This document shows positions 13,710-26,796 of a DNA stretch of 64,000 bases, in pieces. Location of the stretch: assembly GCA_965178125.1 (NCBI GenBank), contig OZ237764.1, positions 124,001 to 188,000 on the forward strand. Direction: 5' to 3'. The notes under the pieces are model-generated. The model made no database searches. It was not told the origin of the DNA and saw only the letters and a program-made list of their open reading frames with translations. Both the position numbers and the translations under genes were made by a program. How positions within the stretch are numbered: position 1 is the first letter of the stretch; every line of letters starts with the position of its first letter. The DNA comes from Bilabrum cf. latius (taxonomy: Eukaryota).

Positions 13710-15761
13710 ATGTGTTTGTAGAAAAGCTGCTCTATAGTGTCATTGATTGTAGCTTGCAGTGGGATGGCTGCTGTTACGGTCAACTTGACCTCACCGCTAG
13801 TGTACGTCGGCGATATGAAGCATACCGCGCCTCAGCCACTGGATCGAAGTCAGTACATCAACATTGCGTCGTCTCCATGGAGTGATGATTGGAATCAAAG
13901 TACTACGATGCAATTTGCGGGGGACTATGGTGCTTTTCTTGGCAGAGATATGCCGATCTCTGGCCGTATGGCTGTGGTCACGGAGGACCCAAGCAGACCA
14001 GGGTACGTTGACGTTCAGAAACTTCTGTAGTCGTGCCGACAGCATCCAAGCACTCTGAACGACTGGCCAGAAGCGCAGGTTGACGTCATCCACGGAGCAG
14101 TGACAGAACAGCTCTATGAGACCGGCTGCGTGTCTCCCCCGCAACGGCCCCGCGGATTCGTTCCCGTGAACGGCAATGCTACAGCCGAGTTCTTCTCTAT
14201 ATTCTATCAGCATTGCATGCTCCCAACGCTCCGTTCGCGGTATCTGATTGAGGTCGCCAACGAGTGCAATGTTAAGGTAAAGAGGTGCAACACCACTTGG
14301 GATGAAATGATAAAGAGGCACAACCAGGTGGCGGACAGCGTGCACCAGGCGTGGGATTCCATCGCGGTAAACCAAAAAGCCTCGGAGACAGTGGTGCCGG
14401 CGAATCGTCTTCCCCGCCCGCTCGTGTGCGGCCCTACCGCCGCCTTCCCCGAGTTCCAGCTGGGCAAGTTCAGCCACTTCGCGGGCATCATGGGCGCCTT
14501 TATCAACGGGACCGGGGAACACCTCGACTGCCTGTCCGTGCACATTTACACGACCTACATCACGGGGCAGCCCAACGCCACCGTACACCGCACCGGCTCG
14601 AATGCAGCCGCCATCCTGGGCCTCATGTCTGCCTTCTCCAACGCAACCTCTGCCCGGGGCCGCCCCTTGCCTCTCATGGTCTCAGAGTTCGGGGCCGGGT
14701 TCAAAGGGCAGGGGGACCCGGAGTACTCGCCCTACCACGACTGGCTGGTGCTGCGAGAAGTCAATGGGCACATGGCGGAGTTCCTGGGGCGGCCCGCCCA
14801 GCTGGCCAAGGTGGTCCCTTTCATCGTGGGGAGGGCCTCTTGGATCCCGGAGCAGAAGCACAACACGAGCCACCCTTACCCTTTCGCGCTGTGGGACTGG
14901 AAAGGCACGCCCACAGAGGGCGCTTGGCACCAAACATTCCTGCACCTGCACTACCAGCTGTGGACAGGTGTCACCGGCGTGCCCGTGCTTGTTTCATCTA
15001 GCGACGTAAACGTCGTAGCGAGAGCATATGTGGATCAAAATGGCATTGGGGTATTTGTGCTGCTTCACAGCTTGCACGAGACATATTCACAGGTCGAGCT
15101 GCAGCTGGACGCAGGCCGAGGAGGTGAGCTTATCCTCAATGGCGCTCGCCGCCGGCTGGTCTACAACGAGTCGCTGGGCGTGCCTCAGCTGAAGTACGAA
15201 TCCGCAAGCATGCGAGCGGGCGAGGCCACCTTGCGATTGGCACCGCGAGAAACCACGATCCTCGAGCTGGCCATCGGGGGGCAAAGCAAGGGGGCCGACG
15301 AGCTGCTGCCACAGCTGAGAACCGCCAGTGCACAATCAACTGACGCGCTCCTAGTGCAAGACGTCTACGATCAGCAAGTGCTGCGGCCGCTCGATCCCGG
15401 CCAGCTGTTCAGAGCAGAGCTGCAGCCGTGTCCTGGCAACGCACAGCTCGTCGCCGCCTCTCTCCTTCTGGGCCTCGGCGGTGACGCGGCAGCCTTCCGG
15501 CGCGAAGGAGCCGCGGTCGATGTGCTGGTCAACGGGCAGGCGAGGATGATCAACGAGACGGCTGACATGGCCGGCGTGCTGCACGTGTCGCCGCAGGACG
15601 GGTCTTTCTTCGGGGAGGCGGTCGTGCAACTGGGCGGGCAGTGGGGCCTGCCGGTGGACATGCAGGACGGCGCATTGGACGTACAAGTGTCGGTGAAGGG
15701 CGTGCAGGCGGGAGACATTGTTCTCGCGTACATCGGAGCTCGGGGGTTCTGCAGAGACTGA
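13710..15761 (+). CDS. Secreted glycoside hydrolase, GH86-like beta-agarase/beta-porphyranase (clan GH-A), about 683 aa, intronless
   Basis: Signal peptide MCL(TAG)KSCSIVSLIVACSGMAA; second TAG at 14028. Motifs IEVANE (acid/base), GPTAAFPEF, LDCLSVHIY, RTGSNAAAIL, PLMVSEFG (nucleophile), KVVPFIVGRASW. TGA at 15759-15761. Confidence 0.8.
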
Positions 15762-15898
15762 GGACCGCCCAGGCCTGGGCATCCACCCAGAACCGAGATG
15801 CCTCATCCTTGGATCCGATTGCAGATTCCGGATGCTAGATGTTGTCTCAAACTTCGATTTGAGTTGCTATGACATGTTATTCCATTATTGTAATCGTT

Positions 15899-18800
15899 TC
15901 ACGACAGCAGCATCTTCAGTGCCGTCACGAAATCCTCCCAGTCCACCGCCGATGTGCCCGCCTTCACGCCCAGAGCGGCCAGCCAAAGCCGCCCCCGATC
16001 GACGCTGCCGGCGCCCCGTGCACCGCATGTGAGACCCTCAAGCACGCTAGCGGGGGGCATTGACGTCGCCATGGCAGGCACGGCAGACTCGAGTCCGGCC
16101 AGGAACGCCCTGGCCTCCATCGGTCGATTCGCAGGCCCCGAAGCCCCCCCCACACCAGCACCAGCACCAGCCACCGCCCCAAGCGCCTCCCTCACCGCAA
16201 TGACCGCTGCAGCAGGCCGGAGCCCGCGCCTGGCAGCCTCCTCCGCTGCCATGCTCGCCACCGCTCGCAGGGCAGGCTCAGGAGAATACCCGGGAAGCAA
16301 CTCGACCTCGGCGCCTTGAGGTGCTACCACCGCGGCGGGCGGACCAGCCGGAGCTGCGGCGTCTTGCTGCCGGGAGCCGGCACGGTGCCGCTGGCTGCTT
16401 GGGGCAGGCATGCCGCCATCGGTGCCAGCAGGCTCCGTGTGCTGCCACTGCCAGGCGGACGAAGGTCCAGAGCCTGCAGAGCGGTCACTTTCCTGCCCCG
16501 AGGGCACATTGCCGTGGTACGCATGTCCCAATCTGCTAAACTGCGGGCCAGCTGCCGCGTTATGCCCTGCTGCGGACGGCACAACTCCTTGCCCTAGGTA
16601 TGGCACTCGTCCCCTGGCACCCGCATGTCCCTCCAGAGACTCCATCTGCGGCTAGTCCAAGGTACCCTCGCCTGCCGTGCGAACTCCGCGCACGTCTCTG
16701 CGGGCCGATCCCGCCTGTGCCCCCTGCCCCTCCTTCGCCCGTGCTTGCGCTTGTGCTCGCTATCGAGATCTGGACCTCGATCGAGCCCTCCGCTGGTGGG
16801 CCCGCAGCGCGACATCAGCCGCTTCGGCCGCTTGGGCCGCCGCCGCGTCTGCCGCGGCCTGCAGCTTGCGTGCCTGCACCCTACGGGCGGCGGCTCGGGA
16901 GGCGGACACGGCCCGCCGGCGCTGCTGGCCCATGGCGTGGCCCTGGCCCGCTGCCCCTGCAGGCACAATTGGATGCTGCCTGTGACCCGGCCAGTCAAGT
17001 TGGCCACCGCCATGCTTGGTATGGCCTCGCCCATGCCCATCCCGATGCCCGGTGGCATGGAAGTACTCTGCAGGTGCCTGCGAGCCTGCCACGGCGTGGG
17101 ACTGGCTTGGGCCGGCGCCGCGCAACATGACATCTAGTTCCGCTCGAAGCGCCGCCTCGTCTCCGTCCAGCATGTCGTCCCTCGGTTCAGGTGCGCGGGA
17201 GGACGCAGCAACACCGTTCCTGTCCACGGCCAGCCCTGCTGACTTCGTGCCCGGCGAGTCCCTCGTTGGCTGCGCACCAGCCCTCGAGGGGGGCACGGGA
17301 GGAGTCGCTGCCTGCTGCACGCCAGCCCGATGCACCGAATCGGCGGACTGGCGAGAGTGCTCAGCGCCTTGCTCATGCGGGCCATGGGGCCGGGCCTGCG
17401 CCCGCACCCTCCTCAAGGTGGCGATCTGCTTCCCGATCCGAGCCAGGGCCTGGCTGGCCTGCCCCGCAGTGATCTCTCGGCGGGCCCGCAGCATGGCCAC
17501 GTGCTCCCTCTCGCGCTGCAGCCGCACCATCTCCGGGTGGGGCTGGATCTGGCCGTGCAGCGACCGGACGCCCGTCTCCGACACGATCGAACCCGATGCT
17601 CTCGACCCATCCCCAATCGAGCTGCGGCGGCTGTGGCTGCGGCTTCTCGCCCTATCCGGGCTGCGCCTGCGAGGGCCGTGCACTCGGCCAGGAGACCCTC
17701 TGCGGGACCCTGGCATAGACCCAGGCTGATTCTGTCCGTGGCTCAGCCTCGACCCGTGGACCGCCATGCCCGCTGCTGCGGTGCTGGAGTCGGCCGGTCC
17801 GCCCCAGGATCCACTCTCCAGCCCCTCCCCATGCCCATGCTGCTGGACCCCTCGAGGCCTCTCCCCGCCATGCCCCAGGCCCGACTCATCCCTGCTCCCC
17901 TCATGCACCCCGTCCAGCACCCTAGAGACAGACCCGCGCCTGGACCCCGCCCTCGAGGACTGCCTGCTGCCCCCCCTGGAGATGGGCCTCGACCCCGCGC
18001 CTCTGCGCTGGGGGGAGGGCGAAGGCGCGGGGGACAGCACCCTTGAGGCAGACAGCGGCTCCACGGCCGTGCCAGAGGCAAGAGCGAGGGCGCCTGCAGC
18101 CATCAAGGGCAGCAGAGGATGCGCTGCACTGGCATCTGCCGCGTGCTGCGGCTGCTCCTCCTCACCGCTCGATTTCGATTCCGTCGTGGGCTGTCCAACA
18201 TCCGATGTGGAATGCCCACCGGCACCACCGTGCCGTGCACCTTCCAGGAGCAGCCGCATGGCAGCCTGTGCCGTCCTCGGCAGGGCGGGAGCAGAGGCGA
18301 GCGATGTGACGGCTCTGTCGCTCTGCTTCTGGGACTCGTCAGGGCCTCCAGCAGGTGCGACCATCTCCATCTCCTGGGTCCGGACGGTGGAGATCTGCAT
18401 GGGTCGGGGCAGGCTGCAGACAACAGACGCTGTACCGCTAGTGGCAAGTCGCGCTGCCCATGCAGCCGCAGATGACGGATCCAACGGCACGGGGCGAGCT
18501 GCGTACCGCCCCAAGCCCCAGTCCACAGGGGGGACCCCCTAGCTAGTACTAGTGCCAGTGCCGATGCTGTCACCCATGGCACGTGCCAGCTTGCCCACGA
18601 AGGAAGCGCCCATCGCCCCCATGCCATCGGCTCCGGCGGCACTGCAGCCTGCCTCCACCACCATGAGTGCCCCTCGCAGCATCGCGCCCTCTGGAGGCGA
18701 AGGAGCACCTGCCGCCGCACGAGACGCGCCTGCCTCGTCGCTTCCTGCCTGCTGCTCCCGGCTGGCTAGGCTCAGCAGCAGAACGCCATCCTCGACCTCT

Positions 18801-21800
18801 GCCTGGGGCCGCTGCGAGGTGCGCCGGGAGAAAGCCGCCTCTGCGACGGCAGTGGCTGCATCTGCCAGGCTGCACCACACCGTCTGGAGCCGCGGCAACT
18901 GCTGGTGTCCCTATTCGCTGTCTACCAATAGGGGCTAGGGCAGGCTCGGGCTCGATGCGTTCGCAAGGCAGTCAATCACGAGTCCCACTGACCTGTCGCG
19001 CGACTCGCCATTGCTTCCGTCGTCGGTTCCGCTGGCGCTGCCGCTAGTGCTGCTGCTGCTCCAGCCGTAGTAGGACAAGCCCACCGCGCTGCCCGCAGGC
19101 AGCTAGCCGCGCTCGTCACACCCAAGTCGCTCAAAGGCTCTCCGAATCGCAGCGAAGTGGAATTCCCCGGCTGCCGCTCTCGCCAGAGAGGCCGACACGC
19201 CCCCATCCTCTCCCGATGCCGCCCCGGGCAGCAGCACAACCACAGATCCAGCCGGAGATAGTCCATGCTTGCGGTGGAGAGTGGCACTTAGTGCATTGTC
19301 AATAATCGATGCCGAAGACTGAGCCCCGGGAGCTGGCGGGTCGTACGACGTCCCGTCTGCCGGCAGCAGGGGCGCAGTGATTGGCACAAGCACCCGCTCG
19401 GGCACTCGGCTACTGGCCGTGCCCCTGGTTGCAGCCGGTGTCTGTGGAGCCCTACTTGCGATTGACTTCGAATGGCCACTGCTACCAACGGATTCCAGTG
19501 CTGGGTCGCTACTATGGCTACTGACGTCCTGGCTATGCTGCTGCATCAGGCACAGCCGCGCGACACAGCGCGGCTCCTCCCCGGACTCTTCACCAACATC
19601 GAGCGCAGCAGACTCCAGCGCGGGTACTACGGTGCATAGCGACTGCCCAGTGCCGTTGGCAATCGTTGAAGGGGTGGCTTGAGCGGATCCCCTCTGGACT
19701 ACCCGCAGGTATAGCCGCAGTCCAGAGCTTTGCACCGTGTCCTAGCCTCCACCCGGGCCATTGTCTATCGCCTGGTCTTCCCGTGCCCCTGTGCCCTCTG
19801 TACTCGCATGAGCACGGAAGGTGCGGGGGGCTTGCTGCGGCGAGAACCGCGGGACCCACGCATGCGAGGCAGAGGCTGCGGGTCCCTCCCCAGGCCTGCT
19901 TGCTCCCGATCCAAGCTGGTCTGGGGCAGGGGGCGACGGTGAGGAAGAGGAATGGGTAGGACCGTCGGCAGAGCCACTGGACTGCCTGCGCAAGCGGCTG
20001 TGATCGGGCGCCACATCGCCTGCTTGTTGCGCGTGCGCGAGCCACAGCGGCAGCTCCCGTGGTGGAAGGCTGCCTGCCGCGGCGGCACGGGCGGCTGCCT
20101 CGAAGGCGATCGATTCCAGAAGGGAGAGCCCGGGTCTCTGTGTAGCAGTTCCACCGGATGTACTGCCTGCGGCGCCACCGAAAGCAGCGACAACATCTTG
20201 TCGCATCTGGGCGTTGGCCAACCGCAGGTCCCCAAGCCCCTCTGTCGCTCTCAGCACGCACGCACGCAACCGCTGGACCTGGTCCGCAAGCACCTGCCGC
20301 TCGGACTCTGCCCGCCGCTCCTGCTTCTCTGCAAGACCTCTTGTCTCCTTCAGCTCCCTCTCCTTCGCCTGCAGCCGCTGCCGCGCCTCTGCAGCCGCCC
20401 TCTCCGCCTCCTGCCGCCCCAGGTTGGCAGAGGCTGCCTGTGCCGCAGCCGTGCCAGCCTCGGCGATTGCCGCCCGAGCCCGGCTGCGAGCCGCCGCCAG
20501 CGCGTCCTCGTCCGCACCCCCACCCGCCTGCCGTTCCCGCTGCTGGCCCACCTGGAGCTGCTCCCTCGCCGCCCGGGCCTGCACCTCTGCCTCGGCTCGG
20601 GCCCTCCTCTCGCGCTGCAGTTGCTCCCTGAGATTATCCACCTCAGACTTCAGCTCGGCTTCCGCCGCCGCCCGCCCGGTTCCTGCGGCTGCATCCGCTT
20701 GAGCCTTCAGGGCAGCCTCTCTCGCCTGCGACTGCGCCAGGGCCTCCTCGGCGGCAGCAGCCCGATCCACGGCCTCAGACAGCGCCTTCTGCGCCGCGTC
20801 TCCCTGCTGAAGTCGCCTCCTCAAGCTCTCGTTGGCTGATCTCATGCGCTCCTGTGCCTGCATGGAGGCCCTCAGCTGCCTGTCGACCGAGCGGGCTTGC
20901 TCCTCGGCAGCGGCCCGGTCCGCCGCCGCCTTCTCCGCTCGTGCAGTGGCACGCTCCACGCCGAGCGCAAGAGACCGCAGCACAGGCAGCACCCCGCGCG
21001 CCGAAGCGGTGGCTAAGCCGCCCAGAGCAAGCACTGCGTCTACCGCCTACTCTGGAGTGAATACCCCCTGACGATCCGCGGTGGTGCCTGCAGCGGCCTC
21101 CCGCTGGGCCACCAGGACCCTCGCGACCACTGTTGCCACATCCTTCGCCTCAGAGTCTGTGTCGGGCCCGACGCCTGGCTCGCGCCCTGGCGCACGACTG
21201 GCGCGTGGCTGCACGCCTGCCTCGCCATGAGTGGAAGCGGTGCCTTGCCTCTGGCCTGGCGCCACGTCACCGCCCCCAATCGAGTCCGAGTCCGAGACGG
21301 AGTCATCGTCCGGGTGCCCGGCATCTTCGATCAGCCCCGGACCAGCGCTTGGGCTTGAAGTTGGTGGCACGCTTCTCTGAGCGGCACGTGACTCGCTTGG
21401 TCGCAGCGCTTCCCGCTGCTTGTCTGCGAGTGAATCGAGCTGCTTGTCCGCGAGTGAATCGCCGCGGGCACCAGTCGGCTGCCGTGCGGCTGCCGAATTC
21501 AGCTCAATGCCAAGGTTTCTAGGGCCTCTGTGCATGGATCCGTCAGCGCCACTTGCCTCTGCGCATTCCGCCTGCGTGCTGCCTGCCCCCTGCTCTTGCG
21601 CCTACTACTGCAACTCGCCACCAGTGCCAACACCGCCAGGCTTCGGCAACGTGGACTGCGGCTAGTGCGGGGATGCCACGTCATCTCTATTTGTCTCCAA
21701 CGATGCAGATGGGGCGGCCTCAGTCTAGTGGCCCCGCCCCACCCATCCATCCAGACGGTCCACAATGTCGCTACCATCGACTTCTTCCATTGCTTCAGTC

Positions 21801-23185
21801 GATAGACTGCCAGGTGTTGGCCCGACTGCATCTGCAGAACCACTGCCTAGTGGTTGGGATGCCGCAACACTCGAAGAACTTGATGTGTGTAATCCAGCGG
21901 CCCCCAATTCACTACTGTCTGAAGCCTGTGCCGCTGAGAGGTTGCCAGGCTGATGCTCAGCAGGCGCATCTAGGCTGCCTCCCGCACGCCCACTGGCACC
22001 GGCGCTATCACTAGTAGCCTAAACTGTTGGACCTTTGCTACCTGGTGGCACCACTGTGGCCGATCCCGCTCGTGCGGTGCTGTTCCGCTGGGCCTTTGCT
22101 GTCGCCTAATCCCGCTGCTGATCTTCGCCTTTGCCCGTGCTATTGTTCGCTTCGCTGCTGCCATGTGCGCGGACACCCATCTCTTTTTCCACGCCTGTCC
22201 CCTCCCCTGAGTCCTCCTGTCCAGAGGGGGGCACGGGCGAAGGGCCCGGCGGAGTAGGCTCCCTGTCGGCGAACGCCTGCGCCGCCATGCGCTGCACCTT
22301 CCTGGCCTCCTGGGAGCGGCGCTGCAGGCGAGGGCCCAGCACCCCGTTGAAGGCCAGCCACGATATCTCCACACCCGCCAGTAAAGCAGCTTCCGCCGCC
22401 GCGGCTTCCTCCGAGGTACCATCCCCGGCGAGCCTGGTTGCCTGCCCGGACATGGTGCGCGCAAGCCGGGCGCACCCCCGGCGAATCAGCCAGCAGGGGG
22501 CACGGGCGGCGGGCGGAAGCTCCACGCGAGCACCCGCCGCCGCCCCTGCGCCTCCGTGCGCTGCACCCCCCATGCCCCTGCCCCTGCCCTTGGCCATCGA
22601 GGCATCGATCAGCAGGCGGCGAGCCTCTCCGGCAGCGCGAAGCAAGCTGGTGCCCGTTGCATGAAAGCCCATCCCGTCGCCCATACCCATGTCGTCGTCG
22701 GAGTCCAATGCGTCTCGTGCGGCAGTTCTAGATCCAGCAAAGCCTCCGTCAGTCTCGTTCGGCTCCGGCGGCCATGACCAGCCAGGGCCACCCCAAGAGG
22801 TGCGCCGGCTCTCATGCGGAGGGGTGCTGGCCATGCAGCACCATTCAAACAATTCTCGCATATTTGTGACCGCCGGTGCGCGCTTCCCGGCCGGCGTGGT
22901 GGGGAGCCTTGATTCTGAGCAAAACTTTGAGTCCAAGGGCAGCTTGGCCAGTACAGCGAGAAGAATTAGTTCCGCTGCAGATTCTTCTGCATTCGAGTCC
23001 ATTGATACAGATGAGCCTTGCGATGCCCGAACACCGGCCCCGCTCGTCCCAGTCTGTGCCACGGCTTTGGTAGACGTTGGCGCTGCCCAACTAAACGACG
23101 ATGATAGGGCACCGAGCACGCGCTGCGACAGCGAGGCGCTGCGCTATGGTGAATCGGACGATATTGCACCCCTCTTGGATGCCAT
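15899..23185 (-). CDS. Very large hypothetical protein (about 2428 aa) with coiled-coil and disordered regions, single exon
   Basis: Eight ORF-track fragments share one frame. I checked the gaps: 15 in-frame TAGs and no TAA/TGA between ATG 23185 and TGA 15899. Confidence 0.78.
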
Positions 23186-23379
23186 TACGAAAAATACTCA
23201 ACCTGTGACTCTGTGAAAGGCACTTCTGGATTCGAGCAGGTTGGATTTAAAGAACGTTCGATATGCAGGTGAGAAAGGTTCGACCACGTCGCGGCAATTG
23301 GTGCGATGTCAATCACATCAGCGAATGTCTGCACCGTCAGTATCAGACTCCTAAGTGATCGCTGTGTAATTTACTAACA

Positions 23380-26300
23380 ATGATATACTTTTGGCGCGTT
23401 CAGCGCGTTCTGCTCTTTGCGGCCGTAGCGATGGCAGCAGCTCGTGCTGATATGTAGTACGACGTTGAATTCGCAACGAGCAGCATATCTGCGTTCCACG
23501 CGTACGGATTCACGTCTTTCAGTGGCATCGATCTAGATTTTGAGGTGTAGATTGATCCGGAAACGAGCCATGGGGGTGCCGATGAGGAGCATTGGTGGGT
23601 GCCGGCAGGTGTGATGCCTTCTGTGCTCATCTGTAACGCTGGCTAGCCCACTCGTCGGATAGAGCAGATGTATGGAAATTTGCAAGCCGATCGAATGTGC
23701 TCCCGTCTTGGTGAGACTCAACAGGAGCGGCATAACTCAACGCTTGGGCTCTCGACGAATCCAGGCCAGTTTCCGGCGTTTCGAGTCGACCCTGAGACCA
23801 CGATGGGCCCTTCCGTGTTCCCCGACAATGACGTGTTCGACACAGACGACGATGAAGTTACCGCGATCCCCGCTGTGTTCGGGCAGACCACGGACGGTTG
23901 CGCCGAGGTGCCGCTGCAGGCCGCGGAGCCCGTCCTGTCGCAGGGGCAGGGGGGCGTCATCCGCGGGACCCCGCTGTGGAGGGGGCGGCTCCGAGGGAGG
24001 CTGCAGTCGCGCGCTCTGCAGTACGTGACGATGTATTTCCTCAACTGCGGCGAGTGGCAGCTGCAGCCGTACACCAGGGAGGGGCCAGGGGAAGAGTCCG
24101 CCTCGAGGAGACGGGGGCTGTAGAGCGGCAGCACCAGCAGCAGCGGCAGCAGTGGCAGATCAGGGGCGAGTGGGGCTTCTACGCGGGCGCTGCAGGTGCC
24201 CACCATCCCGGGAGATAGCGGCAGCAGCAGCAACCAAGGGGACAGCGAGGGCGGCGATACCACCGATGACGGCTCCTCGCGGGGCCCCCGCCGCCGCAAC
24301 CTACTGGTCAAGGCAAAGTACTCGATGGCCACGGACTCGGGGAACAGTCTGGGCACGGGACAGGAGCCCCTAGTGCAGGCCTACATCGTCCTGCTCATCC
24401 TCAACTTCGTGGTGCTGCTGCTCTCCGCCGCCGCATCCACGCGCGCCCCCAACACGGTCTCTGCGCCCGTCATGACCATAACCCTGGCGCTGCGGGCGGG
24501 CGCGCTGGCCTGCCTTATGCAGGCCGCCCTGCTGCTCTGGGCCCTCAGGGAGCAATCGGAGGGCGTCCCCTGGCGCATCGTCAGGAGCAGCATTGCACCT
24601 GCCGCAGCAGCTGGGTCTGCCCTTGCCACGGGCACGTGCGCCGGGATCGTGTACCTGCTGTCCACTGGCTGGCAGGTGCTGCAGACCACGAACGTGTGGA
24701 GAGACCATCGTGCCGTGTGGATAGTGCTCCTCTTTGCGACCATATCGCAGGCCATCCGACAGGCCGTGGCAGTGCCCGTGCACCCGGCAGTCCCCGAGGC
24801 CTTTCTGACGGCTATCCCTCAGGCTGGACAGGCTCAGGCTAGCCAGGGGCTGACCGCCGCCGCCGGTGTGCTGGGCGTGGTAACCTCGCTGGCTTTCCTG
24901 TACATCCTCTGGTGGGCTGTGAGTCGGGCAAATGCGTTTGAGGCCACGGAGGTCGCTGACCTCAGGGTGAGGGGCTACCCGTTCCGGGCGAACGCGGTGG
25001 CTCGCAGGGCGGGTCTCTTCCTGGGCATCAAGCGGTCCTTCGTTGTCTTCCTCATCATCTACGGGGCCACGCAGGTTCTCAGGGTATCCAGCGTGTTCTC
25101 GCAGGAGAGGCAGTGGCTGGAGGTTGGCCTGCCCGTGGCGGGCTTCCAGCTCTGCTTCCTCTACATCCTGCTGCTCTACAGGCCATCGGGCGGTGTGTCT
25201 GCCATGGAAGAGGCTCGCAGGGACCCGCGCTACCAGCAGGAGATCGACAACCAGCGCAACTTTGCGGGCCCGCCCATCGGCATCAACGGGGGCCCTCTTG
25301 GTGCACTGGGTGCCAACGGCCGCGCAGAGCTAGTTCTCACCAGCCGCAAGTGGCCCAGGGAACAAGCGGCCATGGCGCTTCTGAAAATGCCCATCCGGTC
25401 CTCATGCCTCTAGGCACAGGCTGCATGGCGGGCCAGCCAGGGAACAGGGACAGGAACAGGGGAAAGCTCTCGAGACCGAGGGATGCACGACAAAGACCAG
25501 GCGGGACCAGATTCAGCTGCTGACACCGACAGCATCGGCGCTTCCAAAGGGAGGCTCCCAGTGCCGGTGACGTGGGGCAGCGGGCCGATCGGCTTGCAGG
25601 ACAGCACGGCCATGGCTGCCAGCGGCGCGCCTGGCCGGGCCGCTGAGCCGCCCCTGCCATGGTCCAAGAGCGGCCTGTCGGCAGCGACAGTCGCACCGCA
25701 AGGGGCACAAGGGGCTGCTGCTGCTGTTGCTGTTGCTGCCGGTCAGGGGGCAACAGGCCCGGACTCGTCGCAGGGAGTGAGCAACCAGGGGGGCGTGGGT
25801 GAGCAGAGCACAGGTGGCGGTGGAAGGTCGGGTCAGCAGCAGCAACGGAGGCAGGAACAGCAGGACGAGGACGAGGAGCCGGAGGGCCCGGTGGTGCGGC
25901 GTGGCACTGTGTCTCTGTGCTTCGCAGATCGCAGCACGTGTCTGGTGCCAGTGGAGGCCGTGCTCGAGCTCTCTAGACTGGAGTCGGAGCGGAGGCAGAG
26001 GGGGGGTAGATCTAGGAGGAGGAGGAGGAGAAGCAGGCATGCGAGGAGGAGCTAGGAAACAGGCAGCGGCGGTGGGAGTGGCGGGATGGCTGCAGGCAGG
26101 AGGCATCGAGGGAGCAGGGGCAGGGGGGTGGGGAGGGGCAGGGGCAGGGGCAGGGGCAGTCCGCGGCGCAGGGATAGGAGGAGGAGGCGGACGGGGGGTG
26201 GACGACAGGAAGGTGGAGAGGGAGAGGGAGAGGGAGAGGGAGAGGGGGTTGAAAGGGGTGCTCGAGGGAGGGAAGGGAACAGAGAGAGGGGCAGGGGCAG

Positions 26301-26625
26301 GGCAAGGGTTTCCCGACAGATCTCGAGCAGCACCAGCAGCAGCACTAGTAGCAGCGGCGATGACGACAACCAGGAGGTGAGTGGAGCCGGCAGTCTGAAC
26401 CCATCGTATAGGCAGGGTGGCGGCAGCAGGCAGCAGCGTATGGCCAGGCGGGGGGGGCATCACGGCAGCGCCGTGGTCACTGCGCCAAGCCAGGTCCGGC
26501 TGATTCCCAGCGGGTCTCGGTCGGATGAGCCGGGCGATTTAGAAGTGGTACGCTCTGGGCAAAGAGCCGGCGGCCGACAGGCACTAGGGTCTGAGGGTTC
26601 TAGCGATCTGGGTTCCATCGTGTAA
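23380..26625 (+). CDS. GOST-like (GPR107/108/TMEM87-type) 7TM protein with signal peptide, lumenal domain and long disordered tail, about 1081 aa
   Basis: Signal peptide MIYFWRVQRVLLFAAVAMAAARA; YVTMYFLNC; SLGTGQEPLVQAY before about 7 hydrophobic helices. Joined across TAG at 23455, 24121, 25411 and 26053; ends with TAA at 26623-26625. Confidence 0.7.
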
Positions 26626-26796
26626 TATTCGTGCGACCGTCGAGTTGAAGCATCCGAAGGATGTTGCGACCACGGGGCACCGAATTCGACGAATGGAACG
26701 TTCGTTGCTCCATGACCAATTTGTTTCCGTGCTGCTCCAGCACTCATTGATGTCGCTATCGATGTTGTTAGTAGCTAATCACCTTATTAAAATACC

